Notes under the pieces: model-generated
Databases searched by the model: none
What the model saw: the letters and a program-made list of their open reading frames with translations, nothing else
Told to the model about the DNA's origin: nothing
DNA from: Podarcis cretensis
Lineage: Eukaryota
DNA: 64,000 bases
Reading direction: 5' to 3'
Assembly: GCA_951804945.1 (NCBI GenBank)
Contig: OX638166.1
Coordinates: 33,790,001 to 33,854,000, forward strand
Translations under genes and position numbers: made by a program
Part shown: one piece after another, positions 52,000 through 64,000 of the stretch
Numbering within the stretch: position 1 is the first letter of the stretch
How the letters are laid out: each line of letters begins with the position of its first letter

Positions 52000-54900
52000 A
52001 CATCTAAGCAAGTCTATGATCTAACAGTATATGGCATTTCCAGAAATTCTAGTCAAGTTCCCTGTTCTTACTTTCAGTTCCCAAGAAGTAAAGAGAAAAA
52101 ATGAAACAGCTAAGAAATCTCTGCTCTCACAAGATCCCCAAGATCTCCAAGATGTAGTTCAGTGTTACTACCACACACAGATAGGGAAAGGAGGCTGAAA
52201 GGGATTTGGCCAAGGAGAGATGGAGCAGCCATTAGCAGCAGATCCTTCAACATACAGGATCTGGAAAGGCAGACATAAAGGAAGGTTCCTTTGCTGATGG
52301 TGCTACAGCTGGTGCCCAGCAAGAGAATGGCTCTACCTTTCGGGGAATTCAATAAAGAAGGGGTGGGTGGGAGTGGATGGGGGGGCGCAGGTTTTCACAA
52401 CCTCTAGGCAATTGGCTTCATCCATGATGAAGAGATGCTCTCCAGGTCTAGATACCTCTGTGGTCACCAGACCTAAACAATGCATGTGCAGAATAATATT
52501 GGTTTGCACATGTGAAGGTCTTCCAACAAGGTTTTCTAATGCCTACAAGCAAGATCTTCCATCCTTTTTTCATCATTCAGAAGAATATAGCAGAAACTGA
52601 GTGTTTAACCACCACACCAGCAGCAGCCATGTTCAAGGTTAACAGCAATTCTCCTGCAACAGACCAAAGGTTCATCTAGTCCAGAATGCCAATTTCAACC
52701 ATGGCTAGTCAGGTGCTTCCAGGAAGCCCACAAACAGACACCTTTCTCCTGCCATTTGTTCTCAGCATCTGGTATTGTCTCTGAATATCCCATTTAGATA
52801 TTGTATGTAAAAGCTGCTTGTAACTGGATGTAAGCAAAGCGGGGTTCTACGAAAGCTCCAGGAGATAGATCACATCACAAAGGGCAAGTTGCACCAGTTC
52901 AATTTTCCATTATTGGCTATTGGGGGAAAGGGACTTGGAATACATACTCAATTCCATGTCCTGATCCAGGTGGCCCCTGATTAGGACTCGCCTGGTTTCT
53001 TTTTATCAAAGTCATTTCCTCATTCAAGAACTGTTAGCAATGCAGTTAGACTGGGCAATGTATCATGATGCTCCACATCCTGGTTAATGTTCTACCCCTC
53101 CTCCTTAATTTCTGGACCCTTCTCCTCCTCCTAAGTTGGTTTGAGCCAAATCAAGGCACTCATTCATTCTCCACTGAAGCGCGCTAGTTTCTGTTCTTGA
53201 CTACAGGTTGGATAAAGGGAAAGGGGGGCTACTTCTGACCTTGCACAGCACTCTTGGCTGCTTCAAAATTCCACAAAGTCTTTCTTTTCACCACCACATC
53301 AAATTTATCAGTGTGTGCATAGAGAAAAGCTTCTCTCTGATTATGCATTTAAAACACACACACACTGAAATGAGATGAATGCATAAATGGGGCAAAAGGT
53401 GGCAGCAGGGGCATACCTTGACACTCTGATCACTATAGCCTTTTTGGAGGATTGTTTCAGAGCTAGAAGATGACCCAGGAGTTAAACCTGCACAGCAACA
53501 CTGCTCTCTCCAGTTTAGGGGAGAGAAGGAAAGGCAGGGGTGGGGGTGGGGAACAACCACCTATAAGCACTTCAAACTGACTCAAGTACCTGACATCTCT
53601 GGGGGAGTTTGTCTCCCCAGCTACGTCCTGGAGGAATTGCTGGCTCTGATATTCTGGGAAATCAGCCAAGAAGATAGGATTATTTTTATAAGCCTGTAAA
53701 GCACTTGGGATTCAGGTGAATGGGGCCCTGCGTACAGGCAGCAGATGCATGGAATACATTGGGGGGAAAGTGGGGACAAGGCTTGGGAATAGGGGTGGGG
53801 CTGCTTGCTGTAAACCAAGTTTCCCAGAGGGTCTTGAAAAAGTAACCTGGTTGTTGTCGTTGTTGTCTTCCGACTACACCCAAAAAGTCCTCTTTCATAA
53901 CTTCCTTCATCCCAGCATCACTCCAAAGAGAGCTATTTTTCTGCCACTTAAATGAGCAGATTCCTTGCTTCCCTTCAAATTAACCAGCATTCCCCTCTTC
54001 CCCATCCCTCAAAAAAATTGGTGTTAGTAATTCCTGGCCACTATTTCACATTTTCTTCCTATCAAGTTGCAGGCTGCTCCTAAATTCCACTAGAATTTAA
54101 AACAAGTTTGGGGGGGCAGAGTGGGGTGCCGCACTGCTGCATGTGAGTAAGCTGGCATTAGAAAGAACAAGGCTGCCTCTGCTGTAGCTCTCTTTAAATT
54201 CAGCAATGAATGAAAGCACAAAGAAAGGAGGCAAAGAACCCCCAGCCCTTGGAAGCCCATGGCAGGCGTGTGAGTTGGGAGCTCCCAGATAACAGTCCTT
54301 GGCGTAGCTAATAGGAGGGTGGCAGACTCAAATTGTTGTTTGCTCTTAATTAAGTAAGCAAGAATGGCTCTTCCACCTCCCCTGACATCGCAGGCAATAA
54401 TTTCAGGGGCACAGTGTTCTCCCTCCTTTTTCTCTTGACTTCTGCAAACTTAGGCTTAGTTTCTTAGCAGAGTTGTACCCTTGAACCCAGAGCGGGGACA
54501 GTATACAGAAGCCTTATTCTAAATGGTTTTCTCCACACTGAGTCCCATCACTGATCAATCATAGAACAGGAAATGAGGAGCCATTCAGATCAGCTCCTTG
54601 TAACCTTACCATCGGCAGATCTGAATCCGGAGGAAATATGTAGCAAAACCAGAATTCTTTAAAGGGCAGAGGCAAACAAAATTGAGTGAAAGAACAGTAA
54701 GACAAAGCTGTGAATGGAGGTACCACATTAAACCAATCAGAAATGGAAAATACGGACTAGTATAGAGCCATGAGCCTGAGGAAATGAGTGCACAGGTGGG
54801 CACAGATACCCGGAGATGAGTACAGTACTAGGGATCTGTATTCCAAGCTGGTCTGTGTTTTGTCTGTAGGTCTGGAATCCCTCATGTCCTATTATCACCT

Positions 54901-56586
54901 GTGAGATGCAATGAAATTACCACTTGAAGGACACTATCGATGCGACAAGTTCAGGCTGTAATGAGCATGAAGACTTCAGCTACAGACCCCCATCCCAAAG
55001 TCCAATCCTGAGTGTTGAAATAATTTCCTGTTTGGGCTGGCCTTAGGGGGCTCAAGATTTAATTAAGGAAAGGACGCGGAAATTTTAAATGGATTTTCAT
55101 TGAAGGCATGACCTGCTAATTTTTCTTCTTGTTCTTTGCTCTTCTTACTCACCCTAAGCCTTCAGAGCAAGAGAGGCTCTACTTAAAGATATTCTTCAGG
55201 CTGCAAGTGGAACAAGACTTGCCTGAATGCTTCTCCACATGGAAAGCAACATGCAGTGGAGAACATGGTGGGGAGAAGGCTAAGCTTCTCTGAGATGCGT
55301 TATCTTTCAGTGCATATCAAGTTTTTCCTTGGGAAGGAGCACTGAAACATATTCTCCTTCCTCTACAGCCTGGAGTGGTACAGCCCAAAAAAGCTCTGCC
55401 ATTTCATTCTACATGTGTAAATTGTGTAGCTATTCAAGGCAGAGTGTTGAGTACAGGTCCTGCTGAATTTTTGTAAGGTGAGGATTTGTGCTGGGAGCAA
55501 TTTAAAGGGGAGAAGACCTGGACAGGAGAGAGTGACTTCAAAAATGAAAGGGGTTAACAACTTACATCTCTTCCTGGTGAGCTTATGTTTACGCAATGTA
55601 ATTTGGTAGCAAAAAAGGCTATTCAGTATTCATTTCTCACTTTGTGCTTGTGTATTTACTTCACAATTTTCGGACTTCACTTTTTGTGGCCACTCTAATC
55701 ATGAGAGAATGAGGGGAAGGCAACCAGATCTGGAGAGTGGAACCAGTCTAGAAGACCGTACAGAGTTTCTACCTCTCGCTAACAGATTGATTGTCTTTCT
55801 AGCCTGATGATCCAATCCCTGCTATTTTTTTTATTTTTTAAAAAACCCCACATAACCCCCTCCCTATATTTCTAGTCACATAAATAAATAACATCTCTCC
55901 CCAGACAGTGGCTTTGTTTTTCCTGTTGTCGGGGTGAATGGGACGAGAGGTGGAGATTTACGATGAGATGTAGTTTGGCGAATGGTTGTAATTTTAACCC
56001 ACAATTGCAGACTTCGGGACTGGAAGCAATTTTCTTATTAGAATCCCTAGGCTCACCCATCATTTTTCATCTCCCACTTCCCTTCTCCCCATTTCCCTGC
56101 TGTGTCCCCCTCCCCCCTCCCCCTCGTTGCAATTGAATTCAGCACAAGGGCACCAGCAGGGTATTCAGAAACACTTTCCTTTCACCCTCACCCTCCTCTC
56201 CACCGCAGGCAGCTGCATCCTAACGCTCTTTCTGGAATGCCTTGCACAGGGGAGTTTGCACTTGAATCCTGCCCCCAGGAGCCAGGCCTGACTCTTCCCT
56301 ATTTGCTTAGAGGCAACTCAGACACTAACCTGCCCTTACTGGCAGCTTCTGCAGCCACTCCAAAGGAGAGGCAGGCGAGGTGGCTGCTAGTGTTGCTGCC
56401 GTCCCAGCCACCATTCTGGCTGTGGCCATCCCCAGGCCAGGTTCCCAGCTAATGAAGGAAACGGCTGTTGCTACAATTTCACCCAAGTGCAAATTTCACT
56501 CACTGAGCACTTTTTAGCTGTGCTGAAAGTTTACCAGGGGAGCAAAACTTCACATCACAATGGAAATAGGTCGTGTGTTTTTTTCT

Positions 56587-56717
56587 TTTCCCAAACCTGG
56601 GTCTCCAGCTGTTTTTGGACTACAACTCCCACCATCCCTAGCTAGCAAGACTAGTGGTCAGAGATGATGGGAACTGTAGTCTGGAAACAACTGGAGACAC
56701 AAGTTTGGGAAACTCTG
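56587..56717. mobile_element. Palindromic hAT-type MITE
   Basis: Long inverted arms tttcccaaac..gtctccagctgtttttggactaca / tgtagtctggaaacaactggagac..gtttgggaaa. Related fragments at about 34245-34330 and 50720-50780. Confidence 0.75.
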
Positions 56718-59700
56718 TTTTAAACAGAAGGATCTTATTACAGACACAGCACATGTGTCTATAATAACATCATTGTGATAAGATTTGGAAATCTTGCAAT
56801 TGACTGGCAGAATAATTTTTCATTTTCCTGTTGGTCTTTTATTAACTGAATTCCAAAATAACAATAAAACCATCCCATGACTTTCAAACCATCTATTCCA
56901 ATGCCACCTTTGGAGCCCAGTTTCCTCAGTAAAGCTGGGGCCCAAACTCTGCCTTAGCTCTTGTTATGAGAACTACCTTCCCGAAGGTATAGGACACAGA
57001 CTATGTCCAGCGCTGAATCCTTAGCTCATTTCCTAGCTCTTTTACCGGGTTGCATTAATGAACCCTGGACTGGTGAACACGGCTCTTTGTGACAAATAGA
57101 CCACTTTGATGTTTTAATAAAACCATTGCAATTATATAATTTAATAAAACCATTGCAAGCAGTATATAAGAACCACTGCTTCGATGGCTGAGAACAGTGT
57201 GAATGGAATGATCTCAGGAATTCCTGCGGTCTCCCAATCCCTTCATAATAAGGAGGTCTGGGGGCTTTTAAGGTAAATGCATCTGACATCCCCTGGTGCT
57301 TTAATCACTGCACGGGGAGTGCTAACTGTTATTCAGTGAGGAGGAAAAGGCACTCTGTACATGCTCTAGGACAGAGCACTAGCACTGAAAGCAAATGACA
57401 AGGCTAAACTGCAGAGATGAGGAGAGATCTGGCAGAAACTGAGGCTTGTCTACCTGCCCTCATCCTATATATGCATTCCTGTCACACAAGCTCAGCTTTG
57501 CCAGCGCCCACCCCTTGCACAGCCTCGGCCCTGAGCCACTTGTTGCCACTCCAGCCCCCCATGCAGAGGGCATTGCTAAACCTCTCCCACCTCAAGACCA
57601 GGCTTTCTGCTCAGAGCTTCTTGCCTCCCTCCCTCACCTAAAGGTTGGAATACGCCTGCTTTGGAAGCGAGAGCTGGTGGACAGCCAAGGCACTGGGTGG
57701 TGTGGATGGGGTGGCTTGGGCTGAATCTCCGGCTGCAGAAGCACATTGCCTTTCCTTATGTGCTCAGGAGCAGATTTGGAAGAAGCTGGGGGGGCGGGGA
57801 GGGAATTGAGCAGAGGAAATACGCAAAGAATTTGCTTGGCTCCACGCCAGCAGGTCAAAGTAACAAAGACTTTATTGTTTATATTGGATCCCAGGAGGTA
57901 CCATGAGGTGCATACAGCACAGGGCAGCTTCCCAAGCCCAACAACACAAACTCCTTCAGAGAGGAGGAGTAAATGAACCTCCCCTCCACACTCACTCCCC
58001 CCAAAAAACAGGATCCTTTCCTGCACCCCTTCCACATACACTCTGGGATCATCTTAACCCATGTTTGTATCAGATGAAAACTGCCGCGCCTGCCCATCTC
58101 TAAGAAAGACACTTCTCCGTAATGTTTTCCCCCCCTGAAGGCCTGACCCAAACCCCAGACACCTCTGCATCTTACCCCACACTTTTCTCCTCCCAACCAC
58201 AAACCCATTCCATGAGCTGGCTCTCCCACCCTCTTCCCCACAATTATTTTCTCTCTCCCTCTCCGAGCAGACAGATTCCCTCCCCAAACCCATAGCCACA
58301 GCCGCTTTCTTCCACCACAGAAAATAAGCTGTCAAACAGATGTGTGCAATGCAAGACATCTGGGGGCCCCAGGCTGGAGCAGGGGAGGCCCAGCCAAGGA
58401 GCTGCAGAACTTTTAAAGGCACCATGGCCACATTTGCTACACTGACGGTGAAGGTGTTGGGGCGTCCCGCTCCCCGCATGGCAACTCATGCCCTTACCCT
58501 CCACTTGAAGTTAGGGGAAACTGAGCGCAACAAGGGGGGGGGACTGCAAAGCATATTCTGAACATATATTTACATGTATACTTACACTTACACTTTTCAC
58601 AAAGACCCACGTTTCACATATATAGCTCCACAAACCCACCTGCCTGGAGGATCCTCCAGGGCACATCCGCTGCCCCTCCTTGTCTGAACGCACCTCTATC
58701 TTGCTATCTGTAAGAGATCCAAGCTGCAACTGACAAAGCATGACCAAGGCAAGGAAGGACCTCTGTAAGGTCTGGAGATAGTGTTCCCAAGTCAGCCCAA
58801 AATGTTTCAGAACCTGAGATGGAACCCCAAATGGCATAAGACACGCCCCCACCCAGGGTCCCTGGCCAAGGAAGAAGAGGGTTAGGGAAGATCTACATCA
58901 AGAACAAGAGGGGAGGGGAAGAAAGGTCAACATTGGGATCTGCTGGTCTGGGTGGACCCTGCCGCCTTAGGTGGTCACTTCACCTTGCCTAATGGGTGGG
59001 CTGGCCCTGGCTTTGACAGATGAGTCAAAGTTAGAAGTATGACATCTGGAAGCACATTTTGAGCCCCAGACTTTCAAGGTAGGGTCAGCTTAAATTAAAT
59101 GGAGGATTGGCAAGTCAATATAGTCTGTTATGACAGATGATCTAGGAAGCCAACCTCCTGCACCTTCTTCCCAGTATTGGGAGTATTGGGGTTCTGATGA
59201 GTTGTGAGGTCTACCCATACAGTGGGAGCAGTGATGTTCTCACTATACCCCATCCTGAAACAGTCAGCACATTGCAAGATCATGGGAAATTTAAACAGGT
59301 TTTCATCACCACTGCTAGCAGCCCAAGCCCAGCCTCCCCTTTCACCACTGGCAATCTGGGCAGGCCAGCTGTGCAAGAGGGTTTTCAGGTAATTGCTACC
59401 ACAGTTCCTTAGTTTCCCCTAGACCTTACATGGAAGTGAAACATGAGGGTGCAAAGCATATATTTATGGGGAGAGGCAGAGGGTACATTCACCATTGCGG
59501 CTTCAAACACAGCAAGGTCATCCCCTGCCCAATGCATTTCAAATTACACCTGCAGAGTATTGTTCATATCAGAGGGTACAGGGTTATCTTCATCAGGCAT
59601 GTATGCTCTTTTGGTCCCACCCAGACCCGCAACACCCCCCGGACTCCAATTCATGAAGCTGTCATCTACACATGCACACTCATGGCTGTTGCAAACGTTC

Positions 59701-59805
59701 ACGCCATTCTTAAGTACGAAGCAGATGCAGCTCAAGTTTTGTAGTCAGATTAAAGCTCATTTGAGGAGGAAACTCATCAAACAGCAGTATTTGTGCGAAC
59801 AAAAT

Positions 59806-59860
59806 GCTGGACTGGATGGGCCCCTGGTCTGATGCAGCAGGCTCTTTTTACATTCTTACA
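59806..59860 (+). mobile_element. CR1-type 3' terminus
   Basis: ctggactggatgggcccctggtctgatgcagcaggctc...ttctta resembles a squamate CR1 3' end. Confidence 0.5.
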
Positions 59861-59929
59861 TTTGATGTGAGGAGAACACAATGAGGGATGTCCAACAAGC
59901 TACCTGCTCTCTAACATCAGAAGCAGAGG

Positions 59930-60220
59930 GCCTCTCCCACTGCCAACCGAGGATGAAGGTGGCAAGAGACAGAACTGCATCAACAGTGTGGAACACTTTG
60001 CCTGTGAAGTGCAGGTGGAACCCCTTTTGCCTGTTCTTGGTTAATTGGCAAAGGCATTTTTATTTTGACAGACTTCTTGGTGTGGAGGCTGCTTCTGTTG
60101 TATATTTTAATGAATGTATTATTCTGTATGGTACAGTAATCTGAAAGTGCTATAAGCAGCCCCAAATGGTCACTATGAGGGCAGGAGAGAAATTTATTAC
60201 ATAAATAAATGAAATAAAAT
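59930..60220 (+). mobile_element. Old L2 3' relic
   Basis: tgtggaacactttgcc...aaaggcatttttattttgacagact, ending in a (TAAA)n tail. Confidence 0.45.
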
Positions 60221-60988
60221 TGCAGCGGTGGGAGGAGGGGAAATGACATTATTTTAACAGCACTTCTTGTGGCAAATTTGTATTGTTTTCATGGCTATTC
60301 TTTTGCTTTTTGGTTGACACAATGTGATTTTAGTTCTAAAACCAATAAGCACAATTGTGTTTACTAATAGCAAAGAATCAAACAGCCCCTATTACAAAGC
60401 TCTGAATCCTGCAGAAAGCAGGTAGGCTTTGCTGAGACCTTAGGAGTCTCTCTCTGCTTGCTTTTTTGAGCAACCTCAAGTGGCTGTTAGGATGCCAGCC
60501 CTAGAGGGATGAAAGTATAGCTCACTCTGAACAACTGCGAGCAATTCTTGCAGGGCTTTACACTGGCCATCCAGAGAAACAGAGTTTTGGGAAGTACAAT
60601 TAGCACCTTCATCACATCCAGTGCTAATTATCATGTAACCTGCCCTCTGATTTAAAGGACATAATCACGTATATTTACCCTGTAATTATATGGTAATAAG
60701 TATATAATTAAATAGTCAGCAGGGTAGGGGGAGTGAATTTCTCTGAGGATTGAGAAACAGGATACAAATAATCTCTTGGAAGCTACAAGTTCTGATGGGG
60801 ATCAGGGCGGTCAATGAACCACTTGTCACTTGCCTGCAAAAAATTTAAAGGCTTTTCAGCTCTGTTCCTAATGAGAAAACAAACTGAGGTTAAAAAAATG
60901 ATCTTCTGAGTGACCTCCTATCACCCAGTGGCATCCTCCAGTCAAAAGTTCTGACCCACATCAAGTTTGCCAGAAAACATTAAAGGTA

Positions 60989-60992
<4 letters not shown>

Positions 60993-61034
<42 letters not shown>
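60993..61034. repeat. (AT)n microsatellite
   Basis: Seen directly. Confidence 0.95.
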
Positions 61035-61038
<4 letters not shown>

Positions 61039-62756
61039 AATCACCTGTATAGTGAAGGGCTAGAAAGTCTTATGACAAGGAGAAGCCATATTTTACTTAA
61101 TTCTGCTAAAGGATGTAAAGAAAAGGCAGGAGGGGGTTACAGTGCTGAGAGGCTACTAATACAGCGGGAGGAGAAGGCAGCCTGCTGAGACAGCCAGCTC
61201 TGCTTCATTCTTCCACTGTGCTAATGACAGGGTCAGTAACTGACAGGCGTGTAACTGCAGGGCAGGAGCAATGGAGCGCTGAAGGAAGCCATCCCTGACT
61301 TCTGACCTAGGGCAACCTGCTCTGCCATTACTAATTAGCCAATAAAAGAGGAGCCTCAACTTCTTGATTCCCCCAAGAAAGACAGATCCCACCTCCTCAG
61401 ACTCCTGCAGAAGAAATCCCAGCAGGGAGTGGCAAGCAGGCAGACACCAGATAAACCTGGCCTTAAAAAAAAAAGGTAGGGAAGACAGTGCAAGCAGCGA
61501 AAAGTTTCCAGCTGGCCTGCAAAACACAAGCACATGTCAAAGGGGAAGCTTTTAGCTCTGCACAGGGCTCTTTGCCTTTCACACAGTACAAGCTCCCTCT
61601 AATAATATCATCTCAGTAACTCCCACTCCACCCCATATATGTGGCTAATGCTTTTTGCCAAAGCCTCTTCAGGGACATGCCTGCCTGCCACAGAAACTGA
61701 TGTTTCCGACTCATGAAAAAAGAATGACAAGGAGACAAGAAGGAAACTTCAGTTGTGTGAATCCAGTCTTGGTGGGGGGGAGGGGGACTTCTGAGTGTTC
61801 CGAGCAGAAACAGTCTCTCAGCTTGTGCCAACTATTCCAGCCAAGAAAAACGACAATTATTTCACCAAGGTTGTACATAGTATGAGTCAAAGTGCAAAAT
61901 CTAGCAAAAGTGGAAGTATAGATAAAGCTTCTGCTAGCCACCCCTGCTAGTCCCATGCAGTGACTTCTCTGTCCAAGTGTTCACTTACTGCTATACTTAT
62001 GTCATCCACCCAACTCAAGAAAGCCCTTTGTAGAATGACTAGCCAAGTGGTTGGCTTCTGGAGTTTGGTAATTTCTGGAGTTTGCTTCATGTGGCTTTGT
62101 TGGATCAGTGAGGCTCACAGTGATATGAGTAGTACCCACCTGATTCATGTTCATCATATGATGTGGATCATTCATGTATAAACAATGTGGCATGGAAGCC
62201 AACAAAACCACAAAGGCAATGGATTTAGGTTGCTCAAGAACCCAGTGTGTCTCCATTTTCCAGTGAAGGCAATGTCTTGTTAGGGACTAAATGTGAAACT
62301 GAGGCCACCCTGGTGCCATTATGTAGATAGCTAAAACAGACCGTTTTGCAAAATTCTGGCTTAATTTTAAGGCGCTGAACCGGAGGGCAGAAGAATGCCT
62401 GGTGTGGATAGGCCCAGAGGCAGAACCTGTCCTAACTGATGATCTATGGTAGAAGTGAGCAGGGAAAAGTTCTAGGATAGGTTACTGGCAGAGATTGCGG
62501 AAACATTAATGGTATGCTGTGGTTTGGCTTGAAAAGCTGTGGTTTGTGGAGGGACCTTAACTCAAGTCCAGCGCAGTCTTTGTGAATGAATTTCCCTAAA
62601 TCTTCCCTCTCCTTTTGAAACAATACTTATCATTACTTGAAGATTACTCACAGTATTTCAGATACTCACTCGCAAAGGAAAAACATTTTGGAGGATACTA
62701 TTGCAAACAGAGGAGAAAGATGTATTGGATAAAGCAGAACCACTGAGAACCAAAGT

Positions 62757-62948
62757 CAAGTTTAAACATCAGGAAGAACTATCTGACTGTAAGAGCAGTT
62801 CAACAGTAGAACAGAATCCCATGGAAGGCAGAGGTTACAGGACCATCTATCATGGATGCTTTAATTGAGATTCCTGAAATTGCGGGGGGTTGGACTTGAT
62901 GACCCTTGGGGTCTCTTCCAACTCTACAATTCTATGGTTCTATTATTC
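62757..62948 (+). mobile_element. CR1 LINE 3' fragment
   Basis: aacatcaggaagaac...gagcagttcaacagt and gggttggacttgatgaccctt...ttccaactc, with an ATTCTAT-type tail. Confidence 0.8.
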
Positions 62949-63102
62949 AATCCCTGCTATATAAAGAGAAAAAATGCAAGAATGGAACTCTTAGCACGTC
63001 CAACTTATTCAAAATAAAACAAATTAACCCATGCCTTCATTCTATTAAAGAGCAATGAAAGCTGAAAAGGATGGGAATAATAAGTCATACAAACACAGAC
63101 AC

Positions 63103-63105
<3 letters not shown>

Positions 63106-63144
<39 letters not shown>
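63106..63144. repeat. (GA)n microsatellite
   Basis: Seen directly. Confidence 0.95.
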
Positions 63145-63145
<1 letters not shown>

Positions 63146-64000
63146 AGAGATCCAATTATGGGGGGAAAGGTAAAGGGATGTTAATGAAATCCACAAGCAC
63201 TGCTCCTGACTTAATTTTAACAGATTCTTGTTCCAGCACCCTTCCAAAACTATTAAAAGGGGGTGGCCCCTCCATAGTTCATGAACTTAGAGAGACAGAG
63301 GCAGTATGGCAATCCATCGTGAGACCCAAGGAGGCTCAATAATCAATTTTCTCCAGCCATTTGTTTAAAAGACTCCTCATCTCACAGTGCTGCCCTATTC
63401 AGAGTGATGGAAATTTTGCCACTGACAAGATCCTTTTGGGGCCAGCTTGAATTAGTCCAATACACTACTCCAAAATCTTTCACCCAGCTGTGAATTATAT
63501 GCAGCTTGCAAGCTGGCCCAATGAGAAGCAACATCTTTAATTGTTTTTGTTATCAAAGCATGGACAATCCCCTGGTCTGTTTATTGCTGCCACTAGCAGA
63601 ACTCCATAAAAAAATTTTTTTTACAGAAAAATATTAATGGGTGGCATTCAGGATATGAAACGAAGGCACAGCGGGGGATTTCCCTGCCACGTGCTGCCCT
63701 GGAGAACTAATGCAACATCTCAGGGAGAAACCAGCAAAATTATCCTGCCACGAGGGGGCCCTCTCTGCCCTCTCACTGGGGAGAGGTGGGGCAAAGGCAG
63801 TGACAGGAAAGGGGGAAGGAACTGGGACAGGGAAAAGGATGCAGCAGCAAGTCCAATGGGAGGGAAGGACAAAAGGACCGGGGCAAATGGCTGTGAAGAG
63901 ACAGGTCGGGAGAGAGACAAAAGCAAAGAGCAGGGAGCAGCAGGTTGCTGGGAGAAGGGATTAAATCAGCCTGATTTCAATGCATCCACTTGTCTTGGAT

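Larger units (their letters stand above)
19716..64000 (-). other. NFIX: NFIX intron 2 (partial, >44 kb)
   Basis: No exon-2 sequence (DEFHPFIEALL...) seen upstream of exon 3 in the window. NFI genes characteristically have a very large intron 2. Confidence 0.8.

Overview
Vertebrate genomic DNA, most likely a lacertid lizard, inferred from Sauria/POM-type SINEs and the L2, CR1, Penelope and MITE content. The whole window lies inside one minus-strand gene, NFIX (nuclear factor I X). Six internal coding exons (3-8 by human numbering; 63, 75, 121, 137, 123 and 176 nt; all GT-AG; one continuous frame) lie between 19715 and 3599. Positions 19716-64000 are the large intron 2. I did not find exon 2 (DNA-binding domain) or exon 9 in the window. 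The remainder is intronic: TE relics, microsatellites and two N gaps. Almost all ORFs in the supplied track are spurious or TE-derived. I see no evidence for a wholly new multi-gene system. The best leads are a short TSD-flanked Penelope-type insert with an intact minimal hammerhead ribozyme core (antisense to NFIX) plus decayed relatives, a GATA/E-box composite cluster, two E-box clusters, a strong CTCF site and a distant branch point before exon 8. All regulatory calls are motif-level inferences.
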